From positions 1,088,001 to 1,152,000 of the forward strand of contig OZ219926.1 in NCBI GenBank assembly GCA_964291405.2: a stretch of 64,000 nt of DNA. Direction: 5' to 3'. The notes below the pieces were generated by a model. That model saw only the letters and a program-made list of their open reading frames with translations, did not search any database and had not been told where the DNA came from. Positions 40,601 through 48,734 of this stretch are shown here, piece after piece (position 1 is the stretch's first letter; the number at the start of each line of letters is the position of its first letter). This DNA is from Thermodesulfobacteriota bacterium (GTDB lineage: Bacteria; Desulfobacterota; Binatia; Bin18). Both the position numbers and the translations under genes were made by a program.

Positions 40601-41752
40601 CGGCCCGATGAGATTGATCCCCATATCGATCCCACCAAAGTCGACCTCTGGGCCTACAGCTATCGCTCCGTGCAGCGCCCCCTCGTTCGTGTCCGTGAAG
40701 AGATTGGCGAAGAAGCCATTCCGAATCCGTACTGGCGCTTTGACGAACGCTACGCCAACCAGATCGGGGTAGGCCAACATGGCGACCTGCCCGGCGAGTT
40801 CAAGTTTCAGTATGGGGCGGCGGTGCTGCATGGCTCCGCGCTTGACCAGTCCCACTATGCCATCCACGGCTCCCTGTTTGTCTTGGTACCGGATGACGAC
40901 CCCGCAGGTTCGCGCACCTTTCCGCCGTTTCAGGGCAATGGTGGGGGGCCGAGCGGTGGCCCCCTCTTTACGCTCAAGGGAGAGGAGATCGATCTCTTTA
41001 TCCATCTGACCGGAGTCCGACCCGGCAGTGTATTGGAGACCGGCAACACCTTTGCCCTTGTCGGGGCCATCGGTCCCACCCTGCCCGCCCAGGTAACCTA
41101 CACCGTTACTGCCCCGGATGGCAGCCAACGGACCTTCAGCGGACAGGCGAATGAAATTGGGTATTACTATGAGCCGGAGGATAACTTCATTGTCGACCAG
41201 CCGGGGCGATACACCGTTGATCTGCAAGTCACGTATGATGGGAGTACCTCCGCTGGGCAAGTGACCGCGCCCTTTCCCCAGGGAGACGTACTCGGCACGG
41301 CCCGGGGACGTTTCTCCGTGTATGTCGTCTCGCCCCATAGTATGCCGTTGACTGTGGACTTGCCTCGGCATGATTTCCTGACGGCACCATCGGACTTCAC
41401 GGTCACGGCCAGTACACCAACAGAGATGACGCTTACGAGCGGGCATATGACAGCGTTGATGCCGGGCGTGGTACTGGAGGATGGGCCACTGTCGGTGGAG
41501 GCCAACGGGCTGACATATGATTACAATCCCGTGAGTCTGGCTGCTGGAGTCCCGATCCTGGATGTAGAACGCTTTGGCCAGCCGGTCGCGGCGGATGTAG
41601 TCACGGTGAGTCTGTTTGGGGAGGGGACGGACAGCGAAGGCCAGCCGAGTTATGCAGCACGAGTGGTGACATTGCACGGGGCAGAGTTCCTCAATCTGAC
41701 ACCGGTCGCGCCTAGCCCCAATGCGATCCGTGACCTGGAACCGCTGGAGTAA
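37637..41752 (+). CDS. Giant secreted protein A: three carboxypeptidase-regulatory-like repeats plus ~1000 aa uncharacterised beta-rich region
   Basis: Signal peptide ending ASA-Q; repeats of V.LSG.V...G.PV..A; ends NAIRDLEPLE. Confidence 0.85.
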   Translation: MKKLSTILRLLLLIVLLGWTGVITQPASAQQTVTLSGRVTDAAGNAVSGATVNLEDPGWVGQETDANGNYRLSVAPRTYRLRVRPRHGPLIAQKIEGLRLSMNTTRNFVLEEGVTLSGQVTANGQPVPHPWLWVVNDEGQEVSFNSANASGHYSLGVPTGTYKVNVYSEDFLGTTVEGVAITQDTVLNITLESGVLLEGTVVDDAGQPVPDAQVCARLPTERPYGHTCSEADPGGRFQLSVAPEVYVVTATPLAPLHPTRHRLEVSGAGVTDLVLTVSRDPTPFVPDDPPKAALISISPPPVDGEVTVTGAAGSVAPHSTVVATTLETGTFTTAQATASGSFTARVFAPASTSVLIKADPFGPSVAQFLPAPGDETDHPIRLSNGEQGGSHTALAGLSGTILRVADPSGAGIPSGGAGRIYWDRLPAWTFQGSINTQTLAPGDPLQVRGRVQIDSPALQGVSALQVVTRLELERLSDTDGSSILRRNTFASTFVTPTGLPIEREPRSWNAGLSQFQDAPLVKTSSTQAEAEVNLTLALPPDLPAGYYRPFLDFDLPEIPQEEPPSHSILTLTHSPRRSSPLEARLPIIQVGSPAQPRLYWTLFFDTLSNGSRGVVAVEDADRFGIAQRILTSSETFVIPRLGMASGQPLTYRLEPFVPTVSIANGAQGNLPTPPRIPFQFPSGSLTVTIHRPDGTETVLGPAPFVQPRLKSLVDDEGDLLDLGGGHITNAYQLSTMDPRFEVSFAQDGLHVITVEGTIDDIWGNTWTGGGTYEVQVGRVLALDTAVLPGTHFEVGDGFNPGLVVSPPMTAEVEVRLQHIPHSDVSQLQEQVIRGRTNRFGYFQPAGNSVIFEQPGEYRVDITVRGRDDRGQLWMGSRTWGGIVAPINPTIVAHGRRGIDDQDTIGPQWFTRDQIGIPVGGSHVHFPFQSGDVTWLENADASIPLLTFHDPSRQLTELLRPRADTIPLGFGAGSFAERVVVGETPLFLSRPDEIDPHIDPTKVDLWAYSYRSVQRPLVRVREEIGEEAIPNPYWRFDERYANQIGVGQHGDLPGEFKFQYGAAVLHGSALDQSHYAIHGSLFVLVPDDDPAGSRTFPPFQGNGGGPSGGPLFTLKGEEIDLFIHLTGVRPGSVLETGNTFALVGAIGPTLPAQVTYTVTAPDGSQRTFSGQANEIGYYYEPEDNFIVDQPGRYTVDLQVTYDGSTSAGQVTAPFPQGDVLGTARGRFSVYVVSPHSMPLTVDLPRHDFLTAPSDFTVTASTPTEMTLTSGHMTALMPGVVLEDGPLSVEANGLTYDYNPVSLAAGVPILDVERFGQPVAADVVTVSLFGEGTDSEGQPSYAARVVTLHGAEFLNLTPVAPSPNAIRDLEPLE

Positions 41753-41766
41753 GGGGAGCAGACCTC

Positions 41767-44700
41767 ATGCACAAGCCAAATTCGGTCCTACGTCTCCTGC
41801 TCCTAATCGTCCTCCTTGGCTGGACGGGAGTTATTACACAGCCCGCCTCAGCCCAACAGACCGTCACCCTGTCCGGGCGGGTCACCGACACCGCTGGCCA
41901 GCCCGTGTCCGGGGTGACCGTGAATCTGAGTCGCTTACCGAACTGGGTCTGGGTTGACGGGCAGGAGACAGACGGCAACGGGGCCTATCGCTTCTCGGTG
42001 CCGCCAGGAACCTACCTCCTTCAGGTGCAGCCTCCCGGCCCGCTCATTGCCCAAGAGATAGAGCTGACGCTCTCAACGAATACCACGCACAACATTGTCT
42101 TGGAGACCGGGGTGACGCTGTCGGGGCGAGTGACCGGCCCTGCCCGCCAGCCCGTGCCGTGGGCATGGCTATCCGTCCGTAACGATGCCGGTCAGCAGAT
42201 CAGTTTCGGTCAGGCAGACGCGTCCGGCCACTACAGCCTCGGCGTGCCCATGGGAACCTATCAGGTCGACGTGTATCACGAGGACTTCATAGACCTGAGT
42301 CTGGAGGGGGTCACAGTGGCCCAGGCCACCGTCCTCAACATCACTCTGAACTCCGGGGTGATGCTGAGAGGCAAAGTCGTGGACGCTGATGGTCAGCCCG
42401 TACCGGACGCAGAGGTCTGTGCCCGCCTACCCGCTGAGCAGCCGTGGGAAGGCGTTTGTTCTGAGACCGGTCCTGAAGGCCGCTTTCAACTCAGTGTCGC
42501 TCCGGAGGTGTATGTCGTCACGGCCACCCCGTTAGCTCCTCTCCAACCGACCCGCCTCCGACGGCTGGAGGTCAGTGAGGAAGGAGTGACGGACCTCGTA
42601 CTGACGGTGAGCCGGGACCCCACGCCGTTCGTGCCCGATGATCCTCCCAAGGCTGCGCTTATCAGCATCTCCCCGCCGACGGCAGACGGTGAAGTAACGG
42701 TGACTGGAACGGCGGGCTCGGTTGCTCCCCAGAGTGCGGTCGTTGCCACGACTCTGGAGACCGGGCATTTCACTACGGCCCAAGCCACGGCTAGTGGAAG
42801 TTTTACGGCGACCCTGTTTGCGTCGGCAGGCACATCAGTCCTCGTCAAAGCCGACCCGGACGGCGCGGCTGTCAGACGGTTTTTGACCACCTCTGGAAGA
42901 GCGCTTATCATTCTTTTTAGCAACGGGGAGCAAGGCGGGGATTCCAGTGCACTCGCAAGCCTCTCCGGCACGATTCTCCGCGTACCCGACCCTCCAGGCG
43001 CCGGCATTCGGATCGGCAGCGCCGGACGGACCGATTGGCGAGAGCCTGGGCTGCCGGCCTGGACCTTCCAGGGCTCCATCAATACCCGGACCCTCGCTCC
43101 CGGTCATCCTCTACAGGTCCATGGCACGGTCCAGGTGGATTCGCCAGCTTTACAGGGGGTGGACGCGCTCCAGGTGGGGACGACCCTCAGGCTTGAGCGG
43201 CTCTCCGACGCCGAGGGGGCGAGTATCCTTCGCCGCAACACTTTTGCGTCCACCTTCACCACCCCCACCGGGTTGCCGATTGAACGGTCCCCCCTACGTT
43301 GGGATGCGGGTTTAGACGTGTCCCGACAAATACCTTTGGTCAAAAGAGTCGCCACGCAGGCCGAGGCGGAGGTCGACCTGACCCTCACCCTGCCGTCTGA
43401 CTTATCCGCCGGATATTATCGCCCGTTTCTGACGTTCTACTTTCCAGAGATGCCGGTGGAGAATCCGCCCAGCCGCTCAGTCATCAAGATAGTACACTTT
43501 GCGGGCCGAGGTTCGTTTAACGAAGCCCACCTGCCGATTATTCGGGTAGGCAGGCCCGCTCCTCCACGCCTGTATTGGCCGCTTCTCTTGGATACGTTCA
43601 GCAATGGGTCACGTGGGATTCTCGCAGAGGAAGACGCGGACCGCTTCGGGACAGCGCAGCGAGTACTGACCCCGTCGGACACGTTCGTGATCCCACGACT
43701 GAGCGCAGCCTCGGGCCAACCGCTGACCTATCGCCTCGAACCGTTTGTCCCCACTGTTGGACTGAGCGACCGAGATATCCCAAGCCCACCCCGTATTCCC
43801 TTCCAGTTTCCCTCCGGGAGTCTCACCGTCACGATTCGCCAGCCCGATGGCTCTGAGAGGGTCCTCGGTCCTGCACCCTTCGTGCAATCTCGACTCAAGA
43901 GTCTTGTGGATGAAGAAGGCGTTCTCCTCGAGAATGGGGGCGGGCATATCAGCGACGCCTACCAACTCAGCACCATGGACCCCCGCTTTGAAGTCGAGTT
44001 TACCCAAGATGGTCTCCATATCATTACCGTAGAAGGCACGATTAATGACATCTGGGGGCATACCTGGAGTGGGGGCGGCACCTACGAAGTCCATGTCGGT
44101 CGGGTCTTAGCCCTGGATACGGCTGTGTTGCCCGGCACCCACTTTGAGGTCGGCGATGGCTTCAATCCGGGCTTAGTCATCTCCCCACCGCTGACGGCGG
44201 AAGTGGAGGTCCGGCTCCAGCACGTCCCGCACTCGGATGCCAGCCAGCTGGAGGAGCGAAAGGTCCGGGGCCGGACGAACCGCTTTGGGTATTTCCAGCC
44301 TGCGGGCAACAGTGTGGTGTTCGAGCAGCCGGGTGAGTACCGGGTCGATATCACGGCGCGGGGCGAGGATGCACAGGGACGGTTATGGATGGGCTCACGC
44401 ACCTGGGGCGGAGTGGTAGCCCCCGTCAATCCGACCATTGTCGCCCACGGGAGACGGGGCGTTGATAAGCAGGACACGATTGGGCCGCAGTGGTTCTTTT
44501 TCGACGACATCCCCCTGCCTGAAAGTGATAATCCGCATGTCCCGTTTCCCTTTCAGTCGGGCGATGTGACCTGGCTCAAAGAGGCAAGGTTAGGCTCCGC
44601 CATCCCGATGGTGACTTTTCACGACCCGAGTCGTCAGCTCACGAGGCTCCTGCGACAAAGAGGGGGTGAGGACCAAGTCCCTCTGCTCAGCCCCGGTAGC

Positions 44701-45897
44701 TTCGCCGAGCGGGTGGTGGTGGGTGAAACGCCGCTGTTCTCCAGTCGGCCCGATGGCATTGATCCCCATCTTGACCCCAGCAAGGTGGACCTCTGGGCCT
44801 ATAGCTACAGCTCGTCCCAGCGCCCCCTCGTGCGGGTCCGCGAGGAGATTGGCGAAGATGCGATACAGTCAGCGTACTGGCGTTTTGATGATCGCTACGC
44901 CAAGCAAATTGGGGTGGGTCAACACGGTGACCTGCCCGGCGAGTTCAAGTTTCAGTATGGGGCGGCGGTGCTGCACGGTCCGGCCCTTGACCAAGCCCAC
45001 TATGCCATCCACGGTTCGCTGTTTGTCCTGGTGCCCGATGACGATCCCTTGGGCCAGCGCACTTTTCCCCCGTTTCAGGGGAACGGTGGCGGGCCAAGCG
45101 GCGGCCCCCTCTTTACCCTTAAAGGCGAAGAGATTGATCTCTTCATCCATCTGACCGGGGTCCGGCCGGGGAGTGTGTTGGAGACAGGCAATACCTTCGC
45201 CTTGGTCGGTGCTATTGGCCCTACGTTACCGGCCCAGGTAACCTACACCGTCACCGCCCCGGATGGCAGCAAACGAACCTTCAGCGGTTGGGCCAATGAA
45301 ATCGGGTATTACTATGAGCCGGACGATAATTTCATCGTGGACCAGCCTGGGCGGTACACGGTTGATCTGCAAGTGACATACGATGGGAGTACTTCCGCCG
45401 GGCAAGTGACCGCGCCGTTTCCGCAAGGCGACGTGTTGGGTACGGCGCGGGGCCGTTTCTCGGTGTATGTCGTCTCTCCCCACAGCTCTCCCCTCACCGT
45501 GGACCTACCCCGGCACGACTTCCTGACGGCACCAGCGGACTTTACGGTCACAGCCAGCGCGTCTAGTGGACTGACGCTCACCGAGGGGCATATAACAGCC
45601 TTGATGCCGGGAGTGGTGCTGGAGGACGGGCCACTAACGGTGAGGAACAACGGACTAACCTATGATTACGATCCGGTGGGCTTGGCCGCGGGGGTGTCGA
45701 TCCTGGATGTGGAGCGGAATGGGGTCCCAGTGGCGGCGGATGTCGTCACGGTGAGTCTATTCGGACAGGGGACGGACAGCGAAGGTCAGCCGAGTTATGC
45801 AGCGCGAGTGGTGACATTACACGGGCCGGAGTTCCTAAGCTTAACGCTGGTCGCGCCCGGCCCCAATGCGATCCGCGATCTGGAACCGCTGGAGTAA
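41767..45897 (+). CDS. Giant secreted protein B, full-length paralogue of A
   Basis: Collinear with A, same signal peptide core, ends NAIRDLEPLE. Confidence 0.85.
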   Translation: MHKPNSVLRLLLLIVLLGWTGVITQPASAQQTVTLSGRVTDTAGQPVSGVTVNLSRLPNWVWVDGQETDGNGAYRFSVPPGTYLLQVQPPGPLIAQEIELTLSTNTTHNIVLETGVTLSGRVTGPARQPVPWAWLSVRNDAGQQISFGQADASGHYSLGVPMGTYQVDVYHEDFIDLSLEGVTVAQATVLNITLNSGVMLRGKVVDADGQPVPDAEVCARLPAEQPWEGVCSETGPEGRFQLSVAPEVYVVTATPLAPLQPTRLRRLEVSEEGVTDLVLTVSRDPTPFVPDDPPKAALISISPPTADGEVTVTGTAGSVAPQSAVVATTLETGHFTTAQATASGSFTATLFASAGTSVLVKADPDGAAVRRFLTTSGRALIILFSNGEQGGDSSALASLSGTILRVPDPPGAGIRIGSAGRTDWREPGLPAWTFQGSINTRTLAPGHPLQVHGTVQVDSPALQGVDALQVGTTLRLERLSDAEGASILRRNTFASTFTTPTGLPIERSPLRWDAGLDVSRQIPLVKRVATQAEAEVDLTLTLPSDLSAGYYRPFLTFYFPEMPVENPPSRSVIKIVHFAGRGSFNEAHLPIIRVGRPAPPRLYWPLLLDTFSNGSRGILAEEDADRFGTAQRVLTPSDTFVIPRLSAASGQPLTYRLEPFVPTVGLSDRDIPSPPRIPFQFPSGSLTVTIRQPDGSERVLGPAPFVQSRLKSLVDEEGVLLENGGGHISDAYQLSTMDPRFEVEFTQDGLHIITVEGTINDIWGHTWSGGGTYEVHVGRVLALDTAVLPGTHFEVGDGFNPGLVISPPLTAEVEVRLQHVPHSDASQLEERKVRGRTNRFGYFQPAGNSVVFEQPGEYRVDITARGEDAQGRLWMGSRTWGGVVAPVNPTIVAHGRRGVDKQDTIGPQWFFFDDIPLPESDNPHVPFPFQSGDVTWLKEARLGSAIPMVTFHDPSRQLTRLLRQRGGEDQVPLLSPGSFAERVVVGETPLFSSRPDGIDPHLDPSKVDLWAYSYSSSQRPLVRVREEIGEDAIQSAYWRFDDRYAKQIGVGQHGDLPGEFKFQYGAAVLHGPALDQAHYAIHGSLFVLVPDDDPLGQRTFPPFQGNGGGPSGGPLFTLKGEEIDLFIHLTGVRPGSVLETGNTFALVGAIGPTLPAQVTYTVTAPDGSKRTFSGWANEIGYYYEPDDNFIVDQPGRYTVDLQVTYDGSTSAGQVTAPFPQGDVLGTARGRFSVYVVSPHSSPLTVDLPRHDFLTAPADFTVTASASSGLTLTEGHITALMPGVVLEDGPLTVRNNGLTYDYDPVGLAAGVSILDVERNGVPVAADVVTVSLFGQGTDSEGQPSYAARVVTLHGPEFLSLTLVAPGPNAIRDLEPLE

Positions 45898-45956
45898 GTC
45901 TTCCCCCGTCTGATGTGGGGCTAACGGCGATGGAAGACGAACGGGGAAGCCCTGTC

Positions 45957-47762
45957 ATGCGTATCGTCTCCCCCTTATTGCGGAGTCTATACTTCCTAGC
46001 GTTGATTATCTGCGTCCTCCTCTGCTTCCCCACCTCCACCCCCGCCACAAGCAGTATCGGTCTCACCCCAGACGGCACGACCGTCTTTGTCGTCAACCCG
46101 GACTCCGGCTCCGTATCCGCAATCGACGCCGCCTCAGCGACCACGCGGGCCGAACTCATCGTGGGTCGTGACCCCCGCATGCTCACCATCGGGCCGGACG
46201 GCCAGCGGCTGTACGTCACCAGCCAAGCCTCGGCAACACTGACCATCCTGGAGACCCAGCCGTTCTCGATCCTTACTAAACTCCGCGTCGGCCCGGAGCC
46301 CTATGGCGTCGTCGCCGACCCCACCGGCCACCTCGTATACGTGGCCGCATCCGGCGCCGACCGGATTGACGTCATCGACACCGAACTCGTCCAAGTCGTG
46401 GACACCATCCCCGTACAACCCCGGCCCAAGGGCCTCGCCATTTCTGAAGATGGGACCCGGCTCTACGTCACCCATTTCCTGTCCGGCACGGTCTCGGTTA
46501 TTGATCTGGAAAGCCGAAGCGTGCTCGAAGTCATTGCCACCGGCCCCGAGAGCAACATCGCCCAACGTATCGCCCTGCACCCCACGAATGGCCGCGCCTA
46601 TCTGCCCCATATCCGCTCCAATGTCAGCAACCCCCACCCCCTGTTTGATACCACGCTCTTTCCGGTCGTCTCCGTCATTGACCTGGCAACCGACCAACAT
46701 CTGCTCCCCGAACGGCTGGAACTCTCGGTCGTAGACCGGCCGGTCAATCTCCCCTTCGATCTGGCCCTGTCGTCCGATGGGCAACGGATGCATATCGTCC
46801 ACCTGGGGAGTGGGGATCTGTCGGTCATTGATCTGGAAACCCGCCAAGTGCTCGCGCATATCGAGGTGGGGGATGGGCCACGGGGCATCGTACTCACCCC
46901 GGACGACCGCACCGCCTATGTGGCGAATGCACTCTCGGGCGATGTGTCGGTCATTGATCTCCGTACCTTCGCAGAAGTCACCCGCATTCCGGTGACCACC
47001 AGCCCACTCTCGCCAGAGTTGAAACGAGGGAAACTCTTGTTTATCTCCAGCCGCTCAACCCGCATCTCCCGGGACCAGTGGATGAGTTGCGAGAGCTGTC
47101 ATGCAGACGGGGAGCAGGATGGGCGGACCTGGCTGTTTCCCGACGGTCCCCGCAACACGACGAATCTCAGAGGGCTGGCGGATACCCACCCGCTGCACTG
47201 GAGTGCGGACCGAGATGAGGTGCAGGATTTTGAATTCACCATCCGGGAGTTGCAGGCGGGGACGGGGTTGCTGGAGGACCCGCATCTCGAACTCGGATCG
47301 CCCAATACGGGGCGGTCGGCTGATCTGGATGCGCTCGCGGCGTTTATCGAATCGCTGCAACCCAAGCCCAGTCCGTTTCGACGGGCAGACGGAACGCTCA
47401 CGTCGGAGGCGGAGCGTGGGCAAGCCATCTTTCACCGGGCGGATGTGGGCTGCGCGGACTGCCATATCCCACCGCTTTTTACCGATTTGCAGGTGCATGA
47501 TATCGGCACGGGTCACGGGCCAGGTGAACTCTTGGGGCCGGCGTTTGATACGCCATCGCTGCGGGGGGTCTGGCATACGGCTCCCTATCTGCACGATGGG
47601 CGGGCGCCCACTCTTCGGGATGTGGTGGTCACTCATAACCCTACTGGCCAACATGGTCAGACCTCGCAGTTATCGGAGGTGGAGGTGCAAGATCTAATCG
47701 CCTTTCTGCGGTCTCTGGAGGGAGACAAGAGCCGGGTGCAGGACTTGGAACGGCTGGAGTAA
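45957..47762 (+). CDS. YVTN beta-propeller fused to a di-heme cytochrome c peroxidase/MauG-like domain
   Basis: Repeats of PDG.RLYV....VSVID; CESCH and CADCH; GPRNT and FDTPSLRGV..TAPYLHDG motifs; ends SRVQDLERLE. Confidence 0.85.
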   Translation: MRIVSPLLRSLYFLALIICVLLCFPTSTPATSSIGLTPDGTTVFVVNPDSGSVSAIDAASATTRAELIVGRDPRMLTIGPDGQRLYVTSQASATLTILETQPFSILTKLRVGPEPYGVVADPTGHLVYVAASGADRIDVIDTELVQVVDTIPVQPRPKGLAISEDGTRLYVTHFLSGTVSVIDLESRSVLEVIATGPESNIAQRIALHPTNGRAYLPHIRSNVSNPHPLFDTTLFPVVSVIDLATDQHLLPERLELSVVDRPVNLPFDLALSSDGQRMHIVHLGSGDLSVIDLETRQVLAHIEVGDGPRGIVLTPDDRTAYVANALSGDVSVIDLRTFAEVTRIPVTTSPLSPELKRGKLLFISSRSTRISRDQWMSCESCHADGEQDGRTWLFPDGPRNTTNLRGLADTHPLHWSADRDEVQDFEFTIRELQAGTGLLEDPHLELGSPNTGRSADLDALAAFIESLQPKPSPFRRADGTLTSEAERGQAIFHRADVGCADCHIPPLFTDLQVHDIGTGHGPGELLGPAFDTPSLRGVWHTAPYLHDGRAPTLRDVVVTHNPTGQHGQTSQLSEVEVQDLIAFLRSLEGDKSRVQDLERLE

Positions 47763-47825
47763 GGAAGGAGGAATTCAGGGCTTGACCCGACATACCTCAT
47801 CGTGAACCGCGCGAGGTCTCACCCA

Positions 47826-48710
47826 TCACAGCCAGCCCGATTTGCGACGGCTTGGCGGTTCCACACCGGTCAGACAAAGCCGCACCGCGCTCCAGGCCGC
47901 GTGAAATGCGCTGCGCAAGGCAACCGCGTCAACGGCGAGTACGCGCATCCAGACACCCGCATTGTCAGGCAGAATCGACGCACCGGTATAGATGTCGGGA
48001 AGAGGATCGAGCGCCGCTCGTAAGGCGGTCACCAATTCCTCGGTATCGTGGTCCGACACCACCCAGAACGTCCCCTGCGTCTGATAGCGCCGCAGGGCCG
48101 AGGGCAGACTCGTAACGAACTCGTGACCGCTCATCTCGAAGCGGTCCACACAGCGACGCTGTCCGTCCGGTCGCTGGAATACGGTTTCGCTGAAAATCGA
48201 ACCAAACGGACGGCCCAAGGCTTCCGGGTCGTGCAGTCCAAAGGCATCGCCGCTAATGGCCGTCGCGCCTTCTTCGACAGCGATATGGACCGAAGAGCGA
48301 AAGTGCGCTTGGGGGAATAATGCGAGCGGGTCGGGCAGGTATTCGACAAAGCTGCCCTTGCCCGCTCGAATGGAAACCTGTTGTGTGGCGACCCTCCCCT
48401 CCCGCATCGAGTGGACAACAGTCGCCCCTTGGGTGGTCAGATGCACACACGCGCCGTCTTCCACCGAAAAATCAAGCGTTAAGCGCTCATTTTCATACAC
48501 CCCACCAGAGATGGACTGGAGCATCAGCGTCAGCATCCCGTGCGGAGCCCGGTCGAGACAGAACGGCTGGGTAAGGGTGAAGGGATAGGTCGTCCGTTGC
48601 TCGGCGAGAAAGGTTTGACCGGAGGGGTCACGTTTGAAGCTGAGGGAAACGTGCGGGGACGTAACGGAGCATGGCTCAACCGAGAGCCCAGGGGCGGATG
48701 CACTGCTCAT
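47826..48710 (-). CDS. ureD: Urease accessory protein UreD/UreH
   Basis: SGGVYENERL...HLTTQGATVV...EYLPDP; in the ure cluster. Confidence 0.85.
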   Translation of the reverse strand: MSSASAPGLSVEPCSVTSPHVSLSFKRDPSGQTFLAEQRTTYPFTLTQPFCLDRAPHGMLTLMLQSISGGVYENERLTLDFSVEDGACVHLTTQGATVVHSMREGRVATQQVSIRAGKGSFVEYLPDPLALFPQAHFRSSVHIAVEEGATAISGDAFGLHDPEALGRPFGSIFSETVFQRPDGQRRCVDRFEMSGHEFVTSLPSALRRYQTQGTFWVVSDHDTEELVTALRAALDPLPDIYTGASILPDNAGVWMRVLAVDAVALRSAFHAAWSAVRLCLTGVEPPSRRKSGWL

Positions 48711-48734
48711 GGCGTTCCACGGAAGCGGCGCCGC

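Noticed and set aside
40040-41677. Long antisense ORFs (also 2714..3676, 15253..16314, 21089..22063, 36709..37842, 49482..50519)
   Set aside because: They overlap well-supported genes on the other strand, have no motifs, and are expected in GC-rich DNA.
45957-47762. Hydrazine synthase / anammox
   Set aside because: Only the fold combination is similar; there is no alpha subunit or other anammox gene in the window.
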